From Thermoanaerobaculia bacterium (GTDB taxonomy: Bacteria; Acidobacteriota; Thermoanaerobaculia; Multivoradales; SZUA-115), in assembly GCA_044869955.1 (NCBI GenBank), contig JBIOYC010000308.1, forward strand, positions 1 to 63,420: DNA of 63,420 bases, read 5' to 3'. This document shows, piece after piece, positions 36,910-45,945 of this stretch. The position numbers were made by a program, and so were the translations under genes. Every line of letters starts with the position of its first letter. Position 1 is the first letter of the stretch. Under the pieces are notes generated by a model. It searched no databases and was not told the origin of the DNA. It saw only the letters and a program-made list of their open reading frames with translations.

Positions 36910-37890
36910 GTGACCACCGAGGCCCTCGCCCCCTCTGGAACGGAGACCCGGCCCGCTCCGCCGGCCTGGAGTCGTCGCGCCGGCACCGCCGGCGGGGTGC
37001 TGCTGGGGCTGGTGCTCCTGGTCGCCGCCTACGCCAAGCTGATCCATCCCGCGGCCTTTGTCGAGCAGATCGCCGCCGAGGGCCTCGACGTGCTGTTGTC
37101 CGCGCGCGCCGTCGCCTTCCTCGCCCTGGGTCTCGAGGTGGCGATCGGGTTAGCGCTGACCTCGGGAGTCCGCCGTCTCTGGGTGCTGGTCCCGGCGGCA
37201 TTGTTGGTGGCTTTCTTCCTCCTCCTGACCGGGCGCTCCTGGTATCTCGAAGCCCACGGCCTGACCAGTGCCGACGGCAGCTGCGGCTGTTTTGGCAGCC
37301 TGGTGGAGCGCACTCCGAAGGAGGCCTTCCTCCAGGACCTGGCCCTGCTGCTGCCGGCTCTGGCGCTGGCCTTCGTGGGCCGGGAGAGCAAGCGGCCTTT
37401 CCCGCGCTGGCGTGCCGCGTGCATCGCCGCCCTGACCATGGCATCCCTGGCCTTCGCCGCGAAGGCTCCCGAGCTTCCCCTCGACGACCTCGCCACCCGG
37501 CTCAAGCCCGGGGTCCGGGTCGCCGACGTCTGCACCGGCCGGGGTGCCGAGCGCCTCTGTCTCGACTTCGTGTTGCCCGAGGCCCTCGAGGGGGAGCACG
37601 TGGTGGTGATGTTGGACGTTGCGAGTGCCACGGCGGGCGAAGCGGTGCCAGCCCTCAACGACTACGTCACCGCGGGCCGCGGGCCCCGCCTGTGGGCCCT
37701 CGCCGCCGCCGAGCCCGATGCGCTGCACCGCTTCTACTGGGAGAAGGGGCCGGTCTTCGAAATCCGCGAGGCCCCGCCGAGCCTGCTCAAACCCCTCTAT
37801 CGCCGCCTGCCACGCAGCTTCCGAGTGCGGGAGGGCCGCGTTGTGGAGACCTACTCGAGCCTGCCGCCCCTCGCGCGGCTGGCCGGCTGA
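36910..37890 (+). CDS. MauE/DoxX-like membrane domain fused to a thioredoxin-like (no CxxC) periplasmic domain
   Basis: Four N-terminal TM helices ending in the CGCFG motif typical of the MauE-like family. The C-terminal ~150 aa are soluble. Confidence 0.55.
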   Translation: MTTEALAPSGTETRPAPPAWSRRAGTAGGVLLGLVLLVAAYAKLIHPAAFVEQIAAEGLDVLLSARAVAFLALGLEVAIGLALTSGVRRLWVLVPAALLVAFFLLLTGRSWYLEAHGLTSADGSCGCFGSLVERTPKEAFLQDLALLLPALALAFVGRESKRPFPRWRAACIAALTMASLAFAAKAPELPLDDLATRLKPGVRVADVCTGRGAERLCLDFVLPEALEGEHVVVMLDVASATAGEAVPALNDYVTAGRGPRLWALAAAEPDALHRFYWEKGPVFEIREAPPSLLKPLYRRLPRSFRVREGRVVETYSSLPPLARLAG

Positions 37891-37910
37891 CCCAACGGAG
37901 AACGACGCCC

Positions 37911-38747
37911 ATGAAGCCTTCCCAACCCTCACGAGCCCGGATCGCGGCCGTTTGCCTCGCCGCCATGGCGGCGTCCACGGCCCTGAGCCAGGCCGCGGCC
38001 GACTCGGTGCTGAGGGACTTTTCGCCCACCAGCGAATACGCCATCTGGATCGCCGGCAAAGAGGTACCCAAGGCCGAGCTCTACGAGTCGCCGGTGGCGG
38101 GCGCCTACCTCCTGATCACCTCCAGCCTGGCCTCGCCGGTGCTGGTCTCGCGGCGGACTCGCACGGCCGAGTCGATCAACCTGATGAAGGTGGTGAAGCG
38201 CCCGGACGGTCTAGTCGACCTCCTGGCGGATGCCACCTTGACGCCCCTCGGGGTGCTCAGCCTCGATGGCGCCGAGATCGTCTTCAAGGCCGAGAACAAG
38301 GAGGTCCGCTTCAAGGTCAAGCCGCCTCTGGTGGGCTCTCACTCGCGGGTGGAGCTGCTGGCTCACAGCCCGGCCTATCAGCAAGCGGCGAACGGCTACC
38401 GCCCGGATCCCGCCACCCTCGAGCGGCTCAAGCGGATCACCAAGACCGCCGAGGTTCGCATCTTCTTCGGCTCCTGGTGCCCCCACTGCCGGCGCTTCCT
38501 GCCCAACGCCCTCAAGGTGGAGGAGCTGGTGGCCGGCTCCAAGGTGTCATTCCGCTACTATGGGCTCGAGGTGCCGCCTCAAGCGTGGCGCGACCCCGAG
38601 GCAGTGAAGCTCGGGGTCAAGGGCGTGCCCACGGCGATCGTCTTCGTCGACGGTCGCGAGGTCGGGCGCATCCAGAACAACGATTGGCTCAACGTCGAGG
38701 CGTCGATCGCGCGGTTGGTCGGGCTGCCCGTGCCGACCTCGCGCTGA
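37911..38747 (+). CDS. secreted protein with C-terminal thioredoxin domain (CPHC)
   Basis: A signal peptide MKPSQPSRARIAAVCLAAMAASTALSQAAA and a Trx motif FFGSWCPHCRRFLP ... GVPTAIVF. The start is taken at ATG 37911, not the long track ORF start. Confidence 0.7.
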   Translation: MKPSQPSRARIAAVCLAAMAASTALSQAAADSVLRDFSPTSEYAIWIAGKEVPKAELYESPVAGAYLLITSSLASPVLVSRRTRTAESINLMKVVKRPDGLVDLLADATLTPLGVLSLDGAEIVFKAENKEVRFKVKPPLVGSHSRVELLAHSPAYQQAANGYRPDPATLERLKRITKTAEVRIFFGSWCPHCRRFLPNALKVEELVAGSKVSFRYYGLEVPPQAWRDPEAVKLGVKGVPTAIVFVDGREVGRIQNNDWLNVEASIARLVGLPVPTSR

Positions 38748-38788
38748 GCCCTCGCCCCCTCGGTCTTTCTTTCCTCTCGGCTTCGCCC

Positions 38789-38809
38789 AGGGCAGGCCCG
38801 GCCTGCCCT
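38789..38809 (+). terminator. GC hairpin AGGGCAGGC-CCG-GCCTGCCCT after the thioredoxin gene
   Basis: A 9-bp stem read directly, followed by CTTCGCCTTTCCC. It shares the GGGCAGGC/GCCTGCCC core with the 19.3-kb palindrome. Confidence 0.45.
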
Positions 38810-38826
38810 CTTCGCCTTTCCCGCGC

Positions 38827-38845
38827 AACGGGAGTCCTTCCCGTT
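38827..38845 (+). terminator. second hairpin AACGGGA-GTCCT-TCCCGTT followed by a T/C-rich tract
   Basis: A 7-bp stem read directly, followed by CTTTCCCTTCTCC. Confidence 0.4.
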
Positions 38846-38959
38846 CTTTCCCTTCTCCATCCGAGCTAGGATCGGCGTCGTAGCTTCCCCTGGAGTGTTC
38901 TGGTCGACCGGGTAACGGATGCCGACGGTGTGTCCCTAAGAGGGCCGAAGGAGAGGCAC

Positions 38960-40321
38960 ATGAGGAAGATCTTGTCGCTCACAGCGATGTACTGTGTCTT
39001 GATGGTCTGGTGCGCAACCCCTGCTCCGGCCCAGGAGGAAGCGGCGGCCGAGGAGCCCGAGGACGGGGGCGTGGAGCTGTCGTGGGGCATCGAAGGCAAG
39101 GCCCACTACCGGGACAGCGAGCTGACCAGGGCCCCGGTGACGCTGCCGCCGCAGGTACCGACGCCGCCCGGAGGCGCCTTCCTCGAGACGGTGGATGAAG
39201 GCGAGCACTTCGAGGTCTCCGTACTCACCCTTTTCCTCGACGCCGTGTGGGGGGAGAGCCTGGCCGCTCATGCCAAGCTCGACGCGATCGACCTCTATGA
39301 TCGCAACCCCACTTCCGAGGACCACAAATTCGACGTCGACGAGGTGTGGATCCGCTTCGGCCGCGAGTCCCAGCCGGCGGTGGTGCCGGAGCGGCCGGGG
39401 GTCTACGTCAAGGTGGGCAAGATGCCCAAGTGGGAGCGCCAGAACGACCGTCACCTCGAGAGCTACGGCCTGGTCTCGACAGCCTTCAACCGCTTCGAGG
39501 ACGCCGGCATCGAGCTCGGTGCCGATCTCGGTCGCCATGTCTATCTGCGCCTGTCGGCCACCCAGGGCAATCCCCTGTTCATTCGGGACCCCAACGCCCT
39601 GGCCGGTGACAACGGCACCTCCTTCTTCCTGACTCCGGCGCCGGGCCAGACCCGGCCGCCGCTGCAGTCTGGCTTCCCGATCTTCTACGACGCCGAAGTG
39701 GAGGACGTGGACAGCGACGGCGACCTCGAGCTGGGCGGAGGTCTGGGTTTCCGCACCAGCTGGGGTACCGGCGCGGACGGTCTCGACGTGCTGGTCTGGA
39801 CCTACCGCCGCGAGCTTGCGGAGGAGGTCGACCTCAACGGCACCTTCTACGGCGGCGACCTCGATCTCCTGCGCGGCCCCCTGGACCTCTTCGCCCTGCC
39901 GATCACCGGCAACGACAAGGAGGAGATCGGCGGCAACCTGTGGCTCTACCTCGGCGGGCTGTCGGTCTTCGCGCAGTACGTCGACCAGGATCTCGCCGGT
40001 CTCGAGCGAACGGGCATCGAAGGCGAGGTGGCCTACCGCTTCGAGCTGCCGGTGATCTGGGGCCTCGCCGGCCGCCAGCTCTTCCCGACCATCGCCCCGG
40101 CCTTCCGCTACTCCAAGCTCGACCCCGACTACCGCACCCCGCCTGGCTTCCCGGCCCCGAGCGTGGCTTGGGATTGGGAGAAGCTGGACTACGGCCTGAG
40201 GGTGGAGATCGTGGAGGGGGTGGACGTCACCCTCGAGTACGCCGCCAACACCTTCACCCTCTTCTCCGGCCGCGAGCTGACCAACGACGAGCTGCTGGCG
40301 ACGTTGCGGTTCAGGATGTAG
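38960..40321 (+). CDS. putative outer-membrane beta-barrel (porin-like) protein
   Basis: A signal peptide MRKILSLTAMYCVLMVWCATPAPAQ and RBS GGAGAGG. Alternating amphipathic beta-strand pattern, aromatic-rich, with a terminal ...LLATLRFRM. Confidence 0.55.
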   Translation: MRKILSLTAMYCVLMVWCATPAPAQEEAAAEEPEDGGVELSWGIEGKAHYRDSELTRAPVTLPPQVPTPPGGAFLETVDEGEHFEVSVLTLFLDAVWGESLAAHAKLDAIDLYDRNPTSEDHKFDVDEVWIRFGRESQPAVVPERPGVYVKVGKMPKWERQNDRHLESYGLVSTAFNRFEDAGIELGADLGRHVYLRLSATQGNPLFIRDPNALAGDNGTSFFLTPAPGQTRPPLQSGFPIFYDAEVEDVDSDGDLELGGGLGFRTSWGTGADGLDVLVWTYRRELAEEVDLNGTFYGGDLDLLRGPLDLFALPITGNDKEEIGGNLWLYLGGLSVFAQYVDQDLAGLERTGIEGEVAYRFELPVIWGLAGRQLFPTIAPAFRYSKLDPDYRTPPGFPAPSVAWDWEKLDYGLRVEIVEGVDVTLEYAANTFTLFSGRELTNDELLATLRFRM

Positions 40322-40363
40322 AGCAGGCCAAGCGAGGATGGAAGCCTTCCGAGCGGGTGGTCC

Positions 40364-40597
40364 ATGGAGCCTGAAATTTTCGGTGAGATTGGCGACATCG
40401 AGCTTATCGCCGCCGGTTCCGGGATCCGAGAGCTGACTCGATTGCAGGAAGCCTATGGCCAGGGCCGATGGCGCAAGCTGAAGGGACGAGCGTTGGCGAG
40501 GCTTCCTGACGAGCGGGTGGTGCTGGCCGAGGTGCACTGGTACGAGGCCCATGGCCACGGCCGGAAAGAGCTGAAGATCAAGCGTATACTCGATTAG
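40364..40597 (+). CDS. small hypothetical protein (77 aa; motif HWYEAHGHGRKELKIKR)
   Basis: A compact ORF with normal composition. It lies 3 nt upstream of a second small ORF. Confidence 0.5.
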   Translation: MEPEIFGEIGDIELIAAGSGIRELTRLQEAYGQGRWRKLKGRALARLPDERVVLAEVHWYEAHGHGRKELKIKRILD

Positions 40598-40600
40598 CCC

Positions 40601-40825
40601 ATGGCCCAGCCGAACACCTTCTTCGTCCTCTGCCTCGACAATCAGGGCTACCCTGCGTCGCTGGAACCTCGCAAGGTGTACCAGGCGATCCGCGATCTCG
40701 AGGCGGAGCGCCATGGCATGGTGCGGGTGATCGACGAGTCCGGCGAGGACTACCTCTTCCCCTCAGCCTTCTTCGTTCCGCTCGAAGTCCCCGAAGCTGC
40801 CGAGCGGGCCTTCTCTCACGCATGA
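40601..40825 (+). CDS. small hypothetical protein (74 aa; motif VRVIDESGEDYLFP)
   Basis: A compact ORF with normal composition, tightly linked to the preceding small gene. Confidence 0.5.
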   Translation: MAQPNTFFVLCLDNQGYPASLEPRKVYQAIRDLEAERHGMVRVIDESGEDYLFPSAFFVPLEVPEAAERAFSHA

Positions 40826-40855
40826 GCGTGAGCCCATAGGCGGCCCAGGCCGCGC

Positions 40856-42046
40856 TCACCCTCGAAACACCGCCACCAGGTCCACACCCCCGTTGCGCCA
40901 GTCCGCTTCCGTGGCCTGGAGGTAGCCGGGGGGAGTGGTGCGACAGACGCCGAGAGCCGCGAGCGCCGGAGCCAGGGCTTCGGCGCTTTCGCCGGCCAGA
41001 GCGGCTCCCTGGAGCTGACCTCGCCAGGGCGCGAGGAGGCCTGGTAGCTCGTCGAGGTCCGTCAAGGGGTGGACGCGCACCGTGCGCAGGCCGGGGGAGG
41101 GGCGAAAGCGGGGGTCGGGATCGAGGATCACCGTGCCTTCGGCGAGCGGGCCGGGTGGGGAGCAGAAGGGCCTGGCCAGTTCTGCGGTTTCCCGGGCCTG
41201 ACGGGCGGCTGCAGCCTCGGCCGGCAGGGCCGGTCCCGGGGGCAGGCGTTGCCCCTCCCGGGCCAGGGCCTCGGCGAGGGCGGCGGCCACGGCCTCGGCG
41301 TCTCCCTCCACGTAGACCGCCGCCACCGACAGACAGCCACGCTGGTCGAAGAGGGCAACGTCCCGGGCGAGGCCCGGGGCGACGGCGTGCGGATCCACCT
41401 CGCGACCGACGACCGCCAGGCTGGTGCGCGGACCGAAGGCCAGGGCTCGACCTTGGGCTCGGCGCGCGACGCTCGCCACCGTTTCGGCCGAGCCGTAGAC
41501 GACCACCGGGTCGGCCGCCGCCAGCAGGGGCCCTTCGAGCGCATCCAGGCCGCCCGGCCAGGTGATCGCCGTGAAGGCCTCCCCCAACGGCGGCGCCTGT
41601 TCCGCCAGCACCGCGAGGAAGGCCGGCAAGAAGAGGGGCTCCGCCGAGGGGCACTTGAGCAGCAGAGGCCGGCCGGCCACCAGCGCCGGCAGCAGCACCT
41701 GGAGTCCGAGGGCCGGGAGGTTGCCGGCGAGGATGGCCAAGACAGGAGGCAGCTCGGCTGGGGGCGTTGGAAGGCATGGTGCCGGCGCTGCCAGCCTCCG
41801 GAGCGGTGCACCGGTGAGCCCCCCGAGCAGCGATTCGAGGCCGGCGGTGAGGCCCGCGGGCGAGAGGCGACAGATCTGGGCGAGGGTCGTGTCGAGACTC
41901 TGCCGGGCTGAGGAGCCGGGATCACGGAAGACCTCGACCGTCGCCTCCCAGGCCCGCAGTCGCTCTTCGAGGGAGAGCGAGGCCAGGGCTGCTGCACCGC
42001 GCGTTGCGAGGGTGCGGGCGAGGTCGAGGACGGCGGCTGGATCCAC
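40856..42046 (-). CDS. aldehyde-dehydrogenase-superfamily protein, possibly LuxC-type acyl-CoA reductase (tentative)
   Basis: A 396-aa protein whose length and N-terminal pattern (LSLEERLRAWEATVEVF...) are reminiscent of LuxC-like reductases. No partner luxE-like gene is present. Confidence 0.45.
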   Translation of the reverse strand: MDPAAVLDLARTLATRGAAALASLSLEERLRAWEATVEVFRDPGSSARQSLDTTLAQICRLSPAGLTAGLESLLGGLTGAPLRRLAAPAPCLPTPPAELPPVLAILAGNLPALGLQVLLPALVAGRPLLLKCPSAEPLFLPAFLAVLAEQAPPLGEAFTAITWPGGLDALEGPLLAAADPVVVYGSAETVASVARRAQGRALAFGPRTSLAVVGREVDPHAVAPGLARDVALFDQRGCLSVAAVYVEGDAEAVAAALAEALAREGQRLPPGPALPAEAAAARQARETAELARPFCSPPGPLAEGTVILDPDPRFRPSPGLRTVRVHPLTDLDELPGLLAPWRGQLQGAALAGESAEALAPALAALGVCRTTPPGYLQATEADWRNGGVDLVAVFRG

Positions 42047-42084
42047 CGGGCGATCCTACCCCCGGCCCCTCCCCCTTCCGCTTG

Positions 42085-42510
42085 GTGATAGTTTTTGCGC
42101 GATTGAGCCCCCACATCCGCGCGACGGTCAGCCACTTCGAGCTCCCGGTGGCGAGCTCCGCCCGGGCGGTCCGGTTCTACCGCCGCGTCTTCGGCTGGCG
42201 GGTAGAGCGACTGGCCGCCGGCGGGGCCGAGTACTACACCATCCGCACCGACGCCCCGGCGGAGCCGCCCCCCGGCGCCCACCTCGGCGCCATCGGCGGC
42301 GGGCTGGGAGCCCCAGCGGTGATCGGCGCCGAGCAGCCCCTGCTCGTCCTCCACCTCCACGGCTGCACCCTGACCGAGTGCCTGCTGGCCATTTCCCGGG
42401 CCGGCGGAGAGATCGTCGAGCCCCCACGCCAGGTGGGCAAGATGGGCTTCTTCGCCCGCTTCCGGGATCCGGAAGGCAACCTCCTCGGCCTGTGGAGCGC
42501 CGGCGGCTAG
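42085..42510 (+). CDS. VOC (glyoxalase/bleomycin-resistance fold) family protein
   Basis: VSHFELPVASSARAVRFYRRVFGW ... MGFFARFRDPEGNLLGLWS. The start is uncertain (GTG 42085 or TTG 42103); the track start at 42004 would overlap the divergent gene. Confidence 0.7.
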   Translation: MIVFARLSPHIRATVSHFELPVASSARAVRFYRRVFGWRVERLAAGGAEYYTIRTDAPAEPPPGAHLGAIGGGLGAPAVIGAEQPLLVLHLHGCTLTECLLAISRAGGEIVEPPRQVGKMGFFARFRDPEGNLLGLWSAGG

Positions 42511-44174
42511 GGAGCGCCGGCTCGCTTCACGAAGCGGCCGGGGGTGGCCCCGGTGTGCTGGCCATCGGCGAGCACCTGCACTCCGTTGACGAAGACGTGG
42601 GCCACGCCTGTCGCCAGCTGGTGGGGCCGCTCGAAGGTCGCGTGGTCCTGGACCTTGTCCGGGTCGAAGGCCACCAGGTCGGCGAAGAAGCCGGGCGCCA
42701 GCCGGCCCCGCCCCCCGAGATGGAGGTTCGTGGCCGGCAGGGAGGTCAGGCGCCGGACCGCCTCGGCCAGGGAGAGGATCTTCTCCTCGCGCACGTAACG
42801 GCCGAGCAGCCGGGCGAAGTTGCCGTAGGCACGCGGGTGGCGGCTGGTGCGCAGGAACACTCCCTCCGGGGCGGGAGCGTCGGCGTCCGAGCCGAAGCTC
42901 ACCCAGGGCAGGGTGAGCTGCTTCCTCACGTTGTCCTCGGACATCAGGAAGTACACCGCGCCGAGGTCCAGGCCGTTCTCGACGATCAGGTCGAAGACCG
43001 TTTCGGCGGCGTCCTTGCCGCGCAGGCGCGCGACCTCGGCGAGGCTCTTGCCGATCAGGGGCCGCAGCTCCTCCTTGCGCACGTCGACGATCAAGATCTT
43101 GTCCGCCCCGGCGGCGAGGAAGAAGTTCTCCCAGGCGTCGCTGGCCTGGCCCATCTCGGCCCGCAGCCGGGTGCGCATCGCGGGATCGGCGAGACGGGCG
43201 AGGAAGGGCTGCTGCCCGCCCTCCTGAGCCCACGGCGGCATGGTCGCCGAGAGACCGGTCGCCCCGGCGGTGTAGGTGTACATGTCGGCGGTGATGGCCA
43301 GGCCCTCGGCGCGGGCCGCCTCGATCTTGGCGATGGCGGCGGCGAGCTTGTCCCAGTTCGGTCGGCCAGCGGCCTTGAGGTGGTAGATCTCGGCCGGCAG
43401 CCTGGTCCTGCGGGCGATCTCGATCAGCTCGTCGATCGCCTCGAGCAGGCGGTCTCCCTCGCTCCTCATGTGGGAGATGTAGATCCCACCGTGCTCGCCG
43501 GCCACTTTGGCGAGGGCCACCAGCTCTTCGGTGTCGGCAAAGAAAGCCGGTGGGTAGATCAGCGAGGTGCCGAGGCCCAGCGCTCCCTCCTCCATGGCCT
43601 GGCGCACGAGTGCCTGCATGCGCGCCAGCTCTTCGGCGGTGGGCTTGCGGTTGGCGTAGCCCAGCTCGTGGATGCGCACCGTCGTCGCACCGACGAAGGA
43701 AGCGACGTTGACCGAGACGCCGCGGGTCTCGAGGTGGGAGAGGTAGCCGCCGAGGCTGGTCCAGGGGATCTCGTACTTGAGGTCCCCCTGGTTGGCCAGG
43801 GCCTCCTGGCGCATGGCGTCGTTGACCGGCCCCATGGACCAGCCCTCGCCGAAAACCTCGAGGGTGACGCCCTGGGCCACGTCTGCGACGGCCCGCCCGT
43901 CGACCAGCAGCGACTCGGTGGCCCAGGACAGGACGTTGATGAAGCCCGGGGCCAGGGCCAACCCCCCGAGGTCGAGCTCCCGGCGGCCGCGGGCCGCGCC
44001 CAGGTCGCCCAGGGCGGCGATGCGATCGCCGAGCACGGCGACGTCGCCGCGGAAGGGCGGCAGGCCGCTGCCGTCGTAGATCACGGCGTTGCGGAGCAGG
44101 AGGTCGTAGGAGGGCGGCTCGCCGGTGGCCGGGGCGGCGAGCAGGGCGAGCACCAACAGGGCCTTGGCTGTCAT
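42507..44174 (-). CDS. D-aminoacylase / N-acyl-D-amino-acid deacylase family amidohydrolase, secreted
   Basis: A signal peptide MTAKALLVLALLAAPATG, then YDLLLRNAVIYDGSG, APGFINVLSW and ISHMRSEG. The start is at ATG 44174, not the track's 44369. Confidence 0.85.
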   Translation of the reverse strand: MTAKALLVLALLAAPATGEPPSYDLLLRNAVIYDGSGLPPFRGDVAVLGDRIAALGDLGAARGRRELDLGGLALAPGFINVLSWATESLLVDGRAVADVAQGVTLEVFGEGWSMGPVNDAMRQEALANQGDLKYEIPWTSLGGYLSHLETRGVSVNVASFVGATTVRIHELGYANRKPTAEELARMQALVRQAMEEGALGLGTSLIYPPAFFADTEELVALAKVAGEHGGIYISHMRSEGDRLLEAIDELIEIARRTRLPAEIYHLKAAGRPNWDKLAAAIAKIEAARAEGLAITADMYTYTAGATGLSATMPPWAQEGGQQPFLARLADPAMRTRLRAEMGQASDAWENFFLAAGADKILIVDVRKEELRPLIGKSLAEVARLRGKDAAETVFDLIVENGLDLGAVYFLMSEDNVRKQLTLPWVSFGSDADAPAPEGVFLRTSRHPRAYGNFARLLGRYVREEKILSLAEAVRRLTSLPATNLHLGGRGRLAPGFFADLVAFDPDKVQDHATFERPHQLATGVAHVFVNGVQVLADGQHTGATPGRFVKRAGAP

Positions 44175-44251
44175 GGTGGCGACCTCGAGAAACCTTGTAA
44201 CGGCCCCGACGTACCGGGGACCGGTTTGGATCGTCCGGGAGGAGCGCGAGC

Positions 44252-45574
44252 ATGTTAGCGAAGAAAATGGCCCGGCTGCTGGCGATGGTGCTCGCCCTCG
44301 TCCACCTCGAGGCGGCGCTGAGCCCACTGGCCGCGGCCGAGGCACCGGCGCCGAAGCAGGCGACCGCACCGGCGGCCGGGGCCAGCTTCGATCCCTCGGC
44401 AGCCACCCGTGCCTATCTCGACCGTCTCACCCCGGAGCAGAAGGAGCGTTCGGACTCCTACTTCGAAGGACGTTACTGGCTCAAGCTCTGGGGCTTCCTC
44501 TACGGACTGGCCGTAGCCTGGCTGTTGCTCTTTCGCGCTTTCTCGCGGCGGATGCGAGACCTGGCCGAGCGACTCGCCCCCGGCGGCTTGGTGCCCGTGA
44601 TCTACGGCGCCCAGTACTTGCTGGCCACGACCCTCCTCTATCTGCCCCTGGGGCTCTACGCCGGTTTCTTCCGAGAGCACCAGTACGGCCTGTCCAACCA
44701 GACTCTCGGCGGCTTTCTCGTCGACGAGGCCAAGAGCCTCGGCGTGTCGCTGCTCCTGGGCTCGCTGGCCATCGGCCTGCTCTACGCCGTGTTGCGGGCT
44801 GCGCCTCGCACCTGGTGGGTGTGGGGCACGGTGGTCACGGTCGTCTTCATGATGTTCGCCTCGGCGATCCTGCCGGTGTTCATCCTGCCCCTGTTCAACG
44901 ATTACACCCGCCTCGAGGATCCGGCCGTGCGGGAGCCGATCCTCTCCCTCGCCCGGGCCAACGGCGTGCCCGTCCACGACGTGTGGGTCTCGGACGCCTC
45001 GCGCCAGACCAAGCGGATCTCGGCGAACGTCAGCGGCTTCGCCGGCACCGAGAGGATCACCCTCAACGACAACCTCCTCGCCCGCTGCACGCCGCCCGAG
45101 ATCCGGGCGGTCATGGCCCACGAGATCGGCCACTACGCGTTGAACCACATGGTCAAGGGTCTGCTCTTCTCGGGCGTGCTCTTCGCGACGGGCTTCGCCT
45201 TCCTCTCTTGGAGCTTCGAGCGGGCGCGGAAACGTTGGGGCGAGGCGTGGGGCGTGCGGGGCGTCGACGATCCGGCGGGCCTGCCCCTGCTGGCCGCCCT
45301 GCTCTCGCTGTTCTTCTTCTTCGCCACGCCGGTGACGACCACCATCTCCCGAACGATCGAGGCCGAAGCGGATCTCTTCGGTCTGAATGCCGCCCGGGAG
45401 CCCGACGGCTTCGCCGAGGTCGCCTTGAAGCTCGCCGAGTACCGCAAGCTCGAGCCGAGCCGGATCGAGGAGCTCCTGTTCTTCGATCACCCGAGCGGCA
45501 AGAGCCGCATCCAGATGGCGATGCGCTGGAAGGCCGAGCAGCTCGCCGCCCCTCCTGCCGCCCCGGCGCCCTGA
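44252..45574 (+). CDS. M48-family (Ste24/HtpX-like) zinc metallopeptidase, polytopic
   Basis: The HExxH motif MAHEIGHYALNH, a downstream EAEAD, and multiple TM helices. RBS GGGAGGAG. Confidence 0.85.
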   Translation: MLAKKMARLLAMVLALVHLEAALSPLAAAEAPAPKQATAPAAGASFDPSAATRAYLDRLTPEQKERSDSYFEGRYWLKLWGFLYGLAVAWLLLFRAFSRRMRDLAERLAPGGLVPVIYGAQYLLATTLLYLPLGLYAGFFREHQYGLSNQTLGGFLVDEAKSLGVSLLLGSLAIGLLYAVLRAAPRTWWVWGTVVTVVFMMFASAILPVFILPLFNDYTRLEDPAVREPILSLARANGVPVHDVWVSDASRQTKRISANVSGFAGTERITLNDNLLARCTPPEIRAVMAHEIGHYALNHMVKGLLFSGVLFATGFAFLSWSFERARKRWGEAWGVRGVDDPAGLPLLAALLSLFFFFATPVTTTISRTIEAEADLFGLNAAREPDGFAEVALKLAEYRKLEPSRIEELLFFDHPSGKSRIQMAMRWKAEQLAAPPAAPAP

Positions 45575-45604
45575 GGCCGCCGCCTCCTCGCCTGTCTCTC
45601 GTGA

Positions 45605-45638
45605 TTGACACGGGATACGTGGGCACGTAATCTGTGCC
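45605..45638 (+). promoter_or_regulatory. candidate sigma70 promoter TTGACA-17-TAATCT with an inverted repeat GGCAC-N7-GTGCC over the -10
   Basis: Hexamers at 45605-45610 and 45628-45633, and the inverted repeat at 45622-45638, were read directly. They lie ~85 nt upstream of the antitoxin start. Confidence 0.45.
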
Positions 45639-45717
45639 AACTGGAGAGGAAAGAGGAATTTTCCGACCTCTTCGCCTCGAATCTGAGCCGTTTTCCGTCA
45701 AGAAGGAGTAGGAGGGT

Positions 45718-45945
45718 ATGAACTTGACCCTGGCCATAGAGGACCGGATCGTGGACGAAGCGAGAAAGGTGGCATCCTCGATGGGCAAGAGCCTCAATCA
45801 GCTGGTGCGGGACTATCTCGAGGAGGTGGCGGCGCGGGGCTTGGCCGAGGCCGAGATCGACGAGATGCGGGCGATCTCCCTCGAAAGCGGCGGCCGTTCC
45901 CGCGGTTGGCGCTTCGACCGGGAGGAGATCCATGAGCGCCCGTAG
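45718..45945 (+). CDS. vapB: type II antitoxin (ribbon-helix-helix-like)
   Basis: A 75-aa protein with N-terminus MNLTLAIEDRIVDEARKVASSMGKSLNQLVRDYLEE. It overlaps the downstream PIN gene by 14 nt. Confidence 0.7.
   Translation: MNLTLAIEDRIVDEARKVASSMGKSLNQLVRDYLEEVAARGLAEAEIDEMRAISLESGGRSRGWRFDREEIHERP

Noticed and set aside
42507-42510. Convergent VOC and D-aminoacylase genes sharing the palindromic tetranucleotide CTAG as both stop codons
   Set aside because: The observation is real but trivial, reflecting compact genome packing with no functional implication that I can support.
41128-44406. 1092-aa minus-strand ORF (and 898-aa + ORF 41562-44258) running across several genes
   Set aside because: It crosses the reductase, VOC and D-aminoacylase genes in wrong frames. 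It is Arg/Pro/Gly-rich with no domain signatures.
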